Assembly (NCBI GenBank): GCA_950097015.1
Contig: CATNEN010000038.1
Coordinates: 14,446,001 to 14,510,000 of the forward strand
DNA length: 64,000 nt
Reading direction: 5' to 3'
Source of the DNA: Macrostomum hystrix
Lineage: Eukaryota > Animalia > Platyhelminthes
Below are positions 25,488 to 36,120 of this stretch, in pieces. The notes beneath the pieces were generated by a model. That model saw only the letters and a list, made by a program, of their open reading frames with translations, was not told the origin of the DNA and did no database searches. The translations under genes were made by a program, and so were the position numbers. Numbering within the stretch: the stretch's first letter is position 1; each line of letters opens with the position of its first letter.

Positions 25488-26805
25488 CCCAAATCCTTAA
25501 TCTAGCCCCGAATCCTTAATCCAGTCCCGAATCCTTAATCCAGTCCCGAATCCTTAATCTAGCCCCGAGTCCTTAATCTAGCCCCGAGTCCTTAATCTAG
25601 CCCCGAATCCTTAATCTAGCCCCGAATCCTTAATCTAGCCCCGAATCCTTAATCTAGCCCCGAATCCTAAATACAGTCCCGAATCCTTAATCTAGCTCCG
25701 AATCCTTAATCTAGCCCCGAATCCTTAATCCTGTCCCGAATCCTTAATCTAGCCCCGAATCCTAAATCCAGTCCCGAATCCTTAATCTAGCTCCAAATCC
25801 TTAATCTAGCCCCGAATCCTAAATCCATTCCCGAATCCTTAATCTAGCTCCGAATCCTTAATCCAGTCCCGAATCCTTAATCTAGCCCTGAATCCTTAAT
25901 CTAGCCCCGAATCCTTAATCTAGCCCTGAATCCTTAATCTAGCCCCGAATCCTTAATCTAGCCCCGAATCCTTAGTCTAGCTCCGAATCCTTAATCTAGC
26001 CCCGAATCCTTAATCCTGTCCCGAATCCTTAATCTAGCCCCGAATCCTAAATACAGTCCCGAATCCTTAATCTAGCTCCGAATCCTTAATCTAGCCCCGA
26101 ATCCTTAATCCTGTCCCGAATCCTTAATCTAGCCCCGAATCCTAAATACAGTCCCGAATCCTTAATCTAGCCCCGAATCCTTAATCTAGCCCCGAATCCT
26201 TAATCTAGCCCCGAATCCTTAATCTAGCCCCGAATCCTAAATACAGTCCCGAATCCTTAATCTAGCTCCGAATCCTTAATCTAGCCCCGAATCCTTAATC
26301 CTGTCCCGAATCCTTAATCTAGCCCCGAATCCTAAATCCAGTCCCGAATCCTTAATCTAGCTCCGAATCCTTAATCTAGCCCCGAATCCTAAATCCATTC
26401 CCGAATCCTTAATCTAGCTCCGAATCCTTAATCCAGTCCCGAATCCTTAATCTAGCCCTGAATCCTTAATCTAGCCCCGAATCCTTAATCTAGCCCTGAA
26501 TCCTTAATCTAGCCCCGAATCCTTAATCCTGTCCCGAATCCTTAATCTAGCCCCGAATCCTAAATACAGTCCCGAATCCTTAATCTAGCTCCGAATCCTT
26601 AATCTAGCCCCGAATCCTTAATCCTGTCCCGAATCCTTAATCTAGCCCCGAATCCTAAATCCAGTCCCGAATCCTTAATCTAGCTCCGAATCCTTAATCT
26701 AGCCCCGAATCCTTAATCTAGCCCCAAATCTTTAATCTAGCCCCGAATCCTGAATCTAGCTCCGAATCCTTATTCTCGCCTGAATCCTTAATCCTGTCCC
26801 GAATC
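25488..26805. repeat. 19-bp minisatellite (gaatccttaatctagcccc)
   Basis: Direct tandem repeats with a higher-order variant pattern. Confidence 0.96.
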
Positions 26806-27129
26806 TTTAGTCCTTAATTTGCCTTTACAGTACGAAAATTATTTTCTTCAATTGAGAGCCGTGGGCCATTAAGTTTAGTAGTCATTGTTGATTACAGCTT
26901 TGAAAAGCAAATATACATCTTAACACACTGACGAACTCAAAATATAATCTCTATGAGGTTACGGTCTGATGGTTCGTGCTTTGCTGACTACAAGGTAGAT
27001 TCCTGTTCTATTTTTAGAAATGAGGAAAATCTCGGTAGTACTCTGTGTTTTATAATTAGAAATGATGGCGGCCTTTTCGGTGGAGTTAATGCAGGTTTGT
27101 AAATGTTTTTGACACGCTTTTTAGAAATT

Positions 27130-27562
27130 TCTGATGCCTTGTAGATGCGCCTGATGTTCTGATGTCTGCTAGGTGCGCCTGATGTTCTGATGTCTGCTAG
27201 ATGCGCCTGATGTTCTGACGTCTGCTAGATGCGCCTGATGTTCTGATGTCTGCTAGATGCGCCTGATGTTTTGATGTCTGGTTGATGCGCCTGATGTTCT
27301 GATATCTGCTAGATGTGTCTGACGTTCTAATGTCTGCTAGATGTGTCTGATGTTCTAATGTCTGCTAGATGTGTCTGATGTTCTAATGTCTGCTAGATGT
27401 GTCTGATGTTCTAATGTCTGCTAGATGTGTCTGATGTTCTGATGTTCTGGTGTCTGATAAATGTGTCTGATGTTCTGATGTCTGCTAGATGCGCCTGATG
27501 TTCTGATGTCTGATAAATGTGTCTGATGTTCTGATGTCTGATAGATGTGTCTGATGTTCTGA
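27130..27562. repeat. 28-bp minisatellite (tagatgcgcctgatgttctgatgtctgc)
   Basis: Direct tandem repeats. Confidence 0.92.
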
Positions 27563-27742
27563 AGAAAATATGACTTGTGTCATTTCCAAAATAGTGAGTG
27601 ACAACACACTTAGGTACTACCCAGTAATCCCTTCTCTCTATATATAAAGATTTTTTTAAACTGATTTCAACTATCTGAACAGAAAAGAATTCCCTTAGAC
27701 ATATCCTAAACTTATAAATCCAATTCCGAGAAGCAATTGAAA

Positions 27743-28639
27743 ATGTCTGGCAACCTGTGCTGCCCAAATGCCCAAACTCGTCGCTGCGCTAACTGCAAGT
27801 GAGGCGTTTATACATTTTTATATTCGTGCATTGTATTAAATTTAGAATTAACTCAGTGAATGATCCAAAATTTCAGTAAACTAAATGAATTTGTGGCATG
27901 GAAGAACAGTCACTTTGACGCCTCTCGGGTCAGAGTCTGCTGCCATCTGCACTTCAGGGACCTCATTGATGATAATTGCTGTGACCCTGATGCCTGCCCA
28001 GTGTGCTCCGAATACCACAGGTAAGTACCACAGGTTGGGGCATAGGTGCCGCAAGCCTTAGCTAGTTCTCAACTCAATCTGTCGTCCTCTTGTCTATTTT
28101 TCAGCTCAATCTGTACTGCACTAATCGAGTTCTCACCTCAATCTGTACTACACTTATCTAGTTCTCAGCTCAACCTGTACTGCACTTATCTAGTTCTCAC
28201 CTCAATCTGTACTGCACTTATCTAGTTCTCAGCTCAATCTGTACTGCACTTATCTAGTTCTCACCTCAATCTGTACTGCACTTATCTAGTTCTCAGCTCA
28301 ATCTGTACTGCACTTATCTAGTTCTCAGCTCAATCTGTACTGCACTTATCTAGTTCTCAGCTCAATCTGTACTGCACTTATCTAGTTCTCAGCTCAATCT
28401 GTACTGCACTTATCTAGTTCTGAGCTCAATCTGTACTGCACTTATCTAGTTCTCAGCTCAATCTGTACTGCACTTATCTAGTTCTCAACTCAATCTGTAC
28501 TTCACTTATCTAGTTCTCAGCTTCACCTACGTACAGGTGTTAATAAAATATTCCTTTCAGCTTCTTCTATCGGCAAGAAATCAGGAGATCTGCACCGAAG
28601 TGCTGCTGCAAGCATTATTACGAGTACAAAGCCCAATAG
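27743..28639 (+). CDS. Cys/His-rich small protein, paralogue G (92 aa); exons 27743-27798, 27877-28020, 28561-28639: MSGNLCCPNAQTRRCANCNKLNEFVAWKNSHFDASRVRVCCHLHFRDLIDDNCCDPDACPVCSEYHSFFYRQEIRRSAPKCCCKHYYEYKAQ
   Basis: Donors aa|gtgagg and ag|gtaagt, TTTCAG acceptors, phase 2, continuous frame. Confidence 0.9.
28062..28525. repeat. 32-bp minisatellite (gctcaatctgtactgcacttatctagttctca) in intron 2 of paralogue G
   Basis: Direct tandem repeats. Confidence 0.93.
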
Positions 28640-29332
28640 ATGTCGCGACTGATCAAACTTTATAAAAAATCACTTTTGATTGCTTCAGACTGACATGCAG
28701 TCTTACTGTTTTTACATGTGGACCAAATAAAGGATTTTGTCATTTGCAAAATTTGCCTTATCAAATAATTATACAGATTTCAGAAGCCTTCATCAGCTAA
28801 TGAAGTGAAATTCTTATTGATATTATATACTGATTTTCGTGTTTGCTACTTTGGAGTCGGGTAGATGTTCTGATGTTCTGATGTCTGATAGATGTGTCTG
28901 ATGTTCTGTTTCACAGTGAACTGTTTTGTAACTCTAGTTCAAGTAAACAATTAATTGGCTTAAAATTTCGGCGCTACCTTAAAATTTAGTCGGCATGTAC
29001 CTTGTTGCTTTTGGCAGAGTCTAAAAATATGCTGTACGATTGATGCTATAAATAGCACAGGGAAGAACCCCTTCTACAATGTACTCGTACATTATTGACG
29101 ACATAGTGTATACAACTACAAGTACTAAATAACAAACTAGCAAGCAAATAAAATAATAAAGTTCATATAGCAAATCATCTATTGTGATCGATTGCTCAAA
29201 AACGTTTGATTTGAATTCATGAACCACTTCATTTTATATCAGCAAAAATTGCACAAGCTACAAAGCATCAACAGTGAACAGGGTGTTTCGTCAAATGTCT
29301 CATTCAGTTGATGCATCACGAAAGCTTTGAGC

Positions 29333-29802
29333 TCACAGAATTGAGCAACCGGCTTGAGACTTGCTCTCCTTTTCTTGCTGTTCCTTCATCTTTTTGAAGT
29401 GATGCTTGCAGCAGCAAGAACTGAAAATAAATTTTTTACCGCTCTAAGAAATTGTCAAGACACTTAGTTAGTTTGAATCAAACACGTTGCATACCTTTGA
29501 TACTGCTTGCAGGCTTCGCACTCGATTTGATTACAACAGTGGTCATCTAGCAGTTCCGAGTGATGCAGGTGGCAGCAGCGCTGTCGCACCTGGTTGAAGG
29601 TCCCCAGGTGTTGATTCCGCCATGTTACATACTCCTTGACCCAACTGAAATCAGGAGTTTTTCAGAGCCTATAACCAAAGCTGACCTTAATTGAAACAAC
29701 TATCCGCTGTCTGTGTTACAGAAAGTTTCAAATTCATGTGTTTTACCTGCATTTGGGGCAGCCATTACCAATTTGAGCGCGGCAACAGCCTTGACCCGAC
29801 AT
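29333..29802 (-). CDS. Cys/His-rich small protein, paralogue H (97 aa, inverted, C-terminal CaaX CSIL); exons 29802-29747, 29644-29495, 29420-29333: MSGQGCCRAQIGNGCPKCSWVKEYVTWRNQHLGTFNQVRQRCCHLHHSELLDDHCCNQIECEACKQYQSSCCCKHHFKKMKEQQEKESKSQAGCSIL
   Basis: Minus-strand donors ag|gtaaaa and ag|gtatgc, TTTCAG acceptors, phase 2, continuous frame to TGA. Confidence 0.9.
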
Positions 29803-30363
29803 TGTTCTTTGACCCGACAAGTGTGTCGAAAAAGGAAATATTCAAGTCTGGTTTCGATCGAGATTTTGATTTCAACACTTCTGTTGAGGTCTTCTATCGT
29901 ATATTTTTATAGAGACCTCAACAGGGAAGTACATGAAACAAAGTCACCTGGTACTTCCTAATTGACAGGGCATTTTTGTCGGTCAGATGCGGAAATTACC
30001 GGGAATTTTTAGATACAAAATGAGGATCAGGTAGTAGCACATAAGTGTGACATCATTTGACAGAGATTTTCATAAAACTGAAAACGACAGGATCTATACG
30101 CACTTTTATAAGCTGATAAACATCGAATAGCTAGTGTCACCAATAATGTATTTGAGGATGATAAATTATAAAATCTGACCCTTGATTACATTATTATAAC
30201 TTTAACTATTGAAAAATTACTTCTGCAGCAACCTAAAAGGACTCAGTGGTAGTACCTTGTGACTCAGAAGACAGTACTGCCTCATTTAGAGTTTGCATTT
30301 ATGATCTTAAAATCATGCGTCTCTTAAGCATCCAAGTGGACTATAATATATTTTTTACAAAAC

Positions 30364-33305
30364 ATGTCGGGACAGTATTGTTGCCCAGCAGCTCGAGGTT
30401 ATTATTATTGCGAAGACTGCAAGTAAGATAACAATTGAATTGCTGTACTCACTTTGAGATCGCGGAATAAAGTACCATTGAATCATATTTCAGATGGGTT
30501 AAGGCATACGTGATTTGGCAGAATCGCTTCCTAGAGCCGAATGAGCAGAACCGACTGCCGTGCTGTCATCTGCATCACTCACAACTGCTTGACGATACCT
30601 GCTGCAACCCGCTTGTGTGCACCCTGTGCAGAGAGTATCGCTGGTATGACGAATTGCATCACTAGCCTGATTAACTGCCTCACTAACTGGCCTCACTAAC
30701 TGGCCTCACTAACTGGCCTCACTAACTGGCCTCACTAACTGGCCTCACTAACTGGCCTCACTAACTGGCCTCACTAACTGGCCTCACTAACTGGCCTCAC
30801 TAACTGGCCTCACTAACTGGCCTCACTAACTGGCCTCACTAACTGGCCTCACTAACTGGCCTCACTAACTGGCCTCACTAACTGGCCTCACTAACTGGCC
30901 TCACTAACTGGCCTCACTAACTGGCCTCACTAACTGGCCTCACTAACTGGCCTCACTAACTGGCCTCACTAACTGGCCTCACTTACTGGCCTCACTAACT
31001 AACCGGCCACTTGCTGGCCTCACTAACTAATCGGCCACTTACTGGCCTCACTAACTGGCCTCACTAACTGGCCTCACTTACTGGCCTCACTAACTAACCG
31101 GCCACTTGCTGGCCTCACTAACTAATCGGCCACTTACTGGCCTCACTAACTAATCGGCCACTTACTGGCCTCACTAACTAATCGGCCACTTACTGGCCTC
31201 ACTAACTAATCGGCCACTTGCTGGCCTCACTAACTAATCGGCCACTTACTGGCCTCACTAACTAATCGGCCACTTACTGGCCTCACTAACTGGCCTCACT
31301 AACTGGCCTCACTAACTGGCCTCACTAACTGGCCTCACTAACTGGCCTCACTAACTGGCCTCACTAACTGGCCTCACTAACTGGCCTCACTAACTGGCCT
31401 CACTAACTGGCCTCACTAACTGGCCTCACTAACTGGCCTCACTAACTGGCCTCACTAACTGGCCTCACTAACTGGCCTCACTAACTGGCCTCACTAACTG
31501 GCCTCACTAACTGGCCTCACTAACTGGCCTCACTAACTGGCCTCACTAACTGGCCTCACTAACTGGCCTCACTAACTGGCCTCACTAACTGGCCTCACTA
31601 ACTGGCCTCACTAACTGGCCTCACTAACTGGCCTCACTAACTGGCCTCACTAACTGGCCTCACTAACTGGCCTCACTAACTGGCCTCACTAACTGGCCTC
31701 ACTAACTGGCCTCACTAACTGGCCTCACTAACTGGCCTCACTAACTGGCCTAACTAACTGGCCTCACTTACTGGCCTCACTAACTAACCTGCCACTTGCT
31801 GGCCTCACTAACTAATCGGCCACTTACTGGCCTCACTAACTGGCCTCACTAACTGGCCTCACTTACTGGCCTCACTAACTAACCGGCCACTTGCTGGCCT
31901 CACTAACTAATCGGCCACTTACTGGCCTCACTAACTAATCGGCCACTTACTGGCCTCACTAACTAATCGGCCACTTACTGGCCTCACTAACTAATCGGCC
32001 ACTTGCTGGCCTCACTAACTAATCGGCCACTTACTGGCCTCACTAACTAATCGGCCACTTACTGGCCTCACTAACTGGCCTCACTAACTGGCCTCACTAA
32101 CTGGCCTCACTAACTGGCCTCACTAACTGGCCTCACTAACTGGCCTCACTAACTGGCCTCACTAACTGGCCTCACTAACTGGCCTCACTAACTGGCCTCA
32201 CTAACTGGCCTCACTAACTAACCGGCCACTTGCTGGCCTCACTAACTAATCGGCCACTTACTGGCCTCACTAACTAATCGGCCACTTACTGGCCTCACTA
32301 ACTAATCGGCCACTTACTGGCCTCACTAACTGGCCTCACTAACTGGCCTCACTAACTGGCCTCACTAACTGGCCTCACTAACTGGCCTCACTAACTGGCC
32401 TCACTAACTGGCCTCACTAACTGGCCTCACTAACTGGCCTCACTTACTGGCCTCACTAACTAACCGGCCACTTGCTGGCCTCACTAACTAATCGGCCACT
32501 TACTGGCCTCACTAACTAATCGGCCACTTGCTGGCCTCACTAACTAATCGGCCACTTGCTGGCCTCACTAACTAATCGGCCACTTACTGGCCTCACTAAC
32601 TAATCGGCCACTTGCTGGCCTCACTAACTAATCGGCCACTTACTGGCCTCACTAACTAATCGGCCACTTACTGGCCTCACTAACTGGCCTCACTAACTGG
32701 CCTCACTAACTGGCCTCACTAACTGGCCTCACTAACTGGCCTCACTAACTGGCCTCACTAACTGGCCTCACTAACTGGCCTCACTAACTGGCCTCACTTA
32801 CTGGCCTCACTAACTAACCGGCCACTTGCTGGCCTCACTAACTAATCGGCCACTTACTGGCCTCACTAACTAATCGGCCACTTACTGGCCTCACTAACTA
32901 ATCGGCCACTTACTGGCCTCACTAACTGGCCTCACTAACTGGCCTCACTAACTGGCCTCACTAACTGGCCTCACTAACTGGCCTCACTAACTGGCCTCAC
33001 TAACTGGCCTCACTAACTGGCCTCACTTACTGGCCTCACTAACTAACCGGCCACTTGCTGGCCTCACTAACTAATCGGCCACTTACTGGCCTCACTAACT
33101 AATCGGCCACTTGCTGGCCTCACTAACTAATCGGCCACTTGCTGGCCTCACTAACTAATCGGCCACTTACTGGCCTCACTAACTAATCGGCCACTTACTG
33201 GCCTCACTAACTAATCGGCCACTTACATACTGCAGGCAGTTCTACATTAACGGGACTCGTCGGCCGCGTCCAGATTGCTGCTGCAAGCACATCTACATCG
33301 CCTGA
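30364..33305 (+). CDS. Cys/His-rich small protein, paralogue I (92 aa); exons 30364-30422, 30494-30643, 33236-33305: MSGQYCCPAARGYYYCEDCKWVKAYVIWQNRFLEPNEQNRLPCCHLHHSQLLDDTCCNPLVCTLCREYRWQFYINGTRRPRPDCCCKHIYIA
   Basis: Donors aa|gtaaga and tg|gtatga, acceptors TTTCAG and CTGCAG, phase 2, continuous frame. Confidence 0.88.
30672..33226. repeat. 13-bp minisatellite (cactaactggcct) interspersed with a 28-bp variant (cctcactaactaatcggccacttactgg), filling intron 2 of paralogue I
   Basis: Direct tandem repeats in alternating blocks. Confidence 0.97.
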
Positions 33306-34269
33306 AAGTGATGGCTGATTTTCAACTTTGATTTACAGTATTGATCACAGCTTTAGTATATATTTTCATTTTTTAGACCAATATAATTAGAAACTCAATT
33401 AGACCCACGTTCTACGCTGACACTTTGCTCTCTAAAATAAATGACCTATTCATGGAATTGTGACTGAAAGATCTGAAGATACATTATTTTCTGTCATCAC
33501 TATCCTAAAATAGTTTATGCTTACACCTACTTGGAAAACATAAAGCTAGACTCGCTTCGTCGCATTGAAGAAAATAAATGAACTTTTTAAATCGAAAAAT
33601 GCATTCGCGTTTGTTGCCATTATGTTTTTTCTGAGTAAAATGAACAGTGTTCATTGTACTTTAGCTTTACCTCTTTAACCTCAACCCTCCAGCTGGGGGC
33701 ATAACACAATGTACACGCAGCCCACTCTCTTATAGCTTGTGCTCGTATTGTCTGTGAGCGTACGAGTATAGTGACGCCCAGCTCCAATTTAACCAGGTAT
33801 TTCCCTGTTCTATTTTTAGATCTTAGATCCTTGGTCAGTGTAATGGACCAAATTGTCTATTAGCTCATTAGTTTAGTTTACTACTACTCAAAGATAGTTA
33901 CTGATTAATGTCAAGCGATTTGGGACAACTAGATCATTAGTTGATTTGGTTTAGAATTCAAATCACAAGAATGCAACTCTTGATTACCTGATCAAGTAGA
34001 GTGTTAAATACGGTGTGCGTTCATGTGCTACAGAATTAATGCACTAAGAAGGTTAAATTAAACAACAGATTCTAAATTAAAGCATCACGCTGGAGTCCTC
34101 CTTATTTGAGTCATCTAACCGCGTAAGATCTTCAAGGTACTGCCCTAAATTTCCAAGTTTAAAAGGTGCCTGCTTTCGGATTAACAATGATCAAAGCTCG
34201 AAAACTAATGAGTAATTTCTGTTGGACTCTGTCCAGAAGCTACCTGTTCCTATACCTGTTCCATGCTCA

Positions 34270-35020
34270 ATGGCTGATCGCTGCTGCAGCTCAGCCCACG
34301 ACTCACAGCTCAAATGTTGGCAGTGCGAGTGAGAAATTTAACTGGCTTTGTGTTTGATCTTATCGAATAGGCCCTAACAAATTGGAATTAGTGATCAAAT
34401 TGTGTTGTCTCTATACAACACAACAACAAGAATCGGTGAATATCTCGACGATGCTGACGTCGCTGAAGTTAGCTCATCGTAAAGGGGGTTAAAAATGTAG
34501 ATCCATATGGTGGATTTTCACGAAAATTGGTCAATTGGTTTATGAGCTATCGTGAAGTAGGAAGTGAGCATTGGAAATGCCCACGTGGATTTTCCCAAGG
34601 GACAAATGGCGGGTTATTTCTACTGTTAACATACTCGTATTTATCTCACGGAATTATCTAACAATTTTTACCAATGATTTCGAAAATAAATCTTTCAGAC
34701 GATTGAAGGACTTCGTGATGTTTCAGAATTACAATTTGCCATCAAACAATCAAATCAGGCTGTGCTGTCATGAGCACTTTATGCACCTTTTTGACAACAG
34801 TTGCTGCGATGCTCAGCAGTGCAAAGTGTGCGCCCATCACTACAGGTAATTTCCAGGAATACTAAAGAAAACTGTTTCCATTTGTCTAGATTTTTTGACA
34901 ACAAAGAACAACATTTATTTCAGTGTCTTCTTTCCAAATGGCAGTCGCCGAGTACGACCGAATTGCTGCTGCAAGCACTTCTATAACAGTCGATTCCACA
35001 ATTGGACTGTGCTCAACTGA
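34270..35020 (+). CDS. Cys/His-rich small protein, paralogue J (100 aa); exons 34270-34328, 34699-34845, 34924-35020: MADRCCSSAHDSQLKCWQCERLKDFVMFQNYNLPSNNQIRLCCHEHFMHLFDNSCCDAQQCKVCAHHYSVFFPNGSRRVRPNCCCKHFYNSRFHNWTVLN
   Basis: Donors ga|gtgaga and ag|gtaatt, TTTCAG acceptors, phase 2, continuous frame. Confidence 0.88.
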
Positions 35021-35878
35021 TGAACCAGTGTGCTCAACTAATGAACCAGTGTGCTCAACTGATGAACCAGTGTGCTCAACTGATGAACCAGTGTGCTCAA
35101 CTGATGGACTAGTGTGCTCAACTGATGGACCAGTGTGCTCAACCGATGGATCAGTGTGCTCAACATATTTAAAGTATGTTCAACTGATTTGAAGTGTGCT
35201 CAACTGATGGACCAGTGTGCTCAACTGATGAACCAGTGTGCTCAACATATTTAAAGTATGTTCAACTGATTTGAAGTGTGCTCAACTGATTTGAAGTGTG
35301 CTCAACTGATGGACCAGTGTGCTCAACTGATGAACCAGTGTGCTCAACTGATGGACCAGTGTGCTCAACTGATTGACCAGTGTGCTCAACTTATGGAATA
35401 GTGTGTTCAACTGATGGACCAGTGTGCTTAACTGATGGACCAGTGTGCTCAACTGATTTAAAGTGTTTTTAACTGATTTGAAGTGTGCTCAACTGATTTA
35501 AAGTATGTTCAACTGATTTGAAGTGTGCTCAGCTGATTCGAAGTGTGCTCAACTGATTCGAAGTGTGCTCAACTGATTCGAAGTGTGCTCAACTGATTTA
35601 AAGTATGTTCAACTGATTTGAAGTGTGCTCAGCTGATTCGAAGTGTGCTCAACTGATTCGAAGTGTGCTCAACTGATTTAAAGTATGTTCAACTGATTTG
35701 AAGTGTGCTCAGCTGATTCGAAGTGTGCTCAACTGATTCGAAGTGTGCTCAACTGATTTAAAGTATGTTCAACGGATTTGAAGTGTGCTCAACTGATTTG
35801 AAGTGTGCTCAACTGATTTGAAGTGTGCTCAACTGATTTGAAGTGTGCTCAGCTGATTTTAAGTGTGCTCAGCTGATT
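35008..35878. repeat. 20-21-bp minisatellite (gtgtgctcaactgatgaacca / gtgtgctcaactgattcgaa)
   Basis: Direct tandem repeats beginning within the last codons of paralogue J. Confidence 0.95.
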
Positions 35879-36120
35879 ACAAATAAAGTATTGTAAATAA
35901 CTGGAGTATTTTTTGTACCCGTTTCATCATAAGTTTTCGAATATTTTACAAGGTTGTTCCCAGTGTGTCATTGCTTGTGTCATAAATTGCAAGGTACTTC
36001 CCCATACAGTAATGCTATAAATTTGGCTCCCTTAGATGGATTAATAAAACAATTAAGGTGTCAAGCACTACATTTTTTCTCCTGGATTTCGTCGTTGAAG
36101 TAAAAACCGTCGGATTAAAG

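Noticed and set aside
35955-35995. Possible extra degenerate exon 1 (cagtgtgtcattgcttgtgtcataaattgcaag) resembling paralogue C
   Set aside because: No ATG, no CC pair and no phase-2 donor; too short to support.
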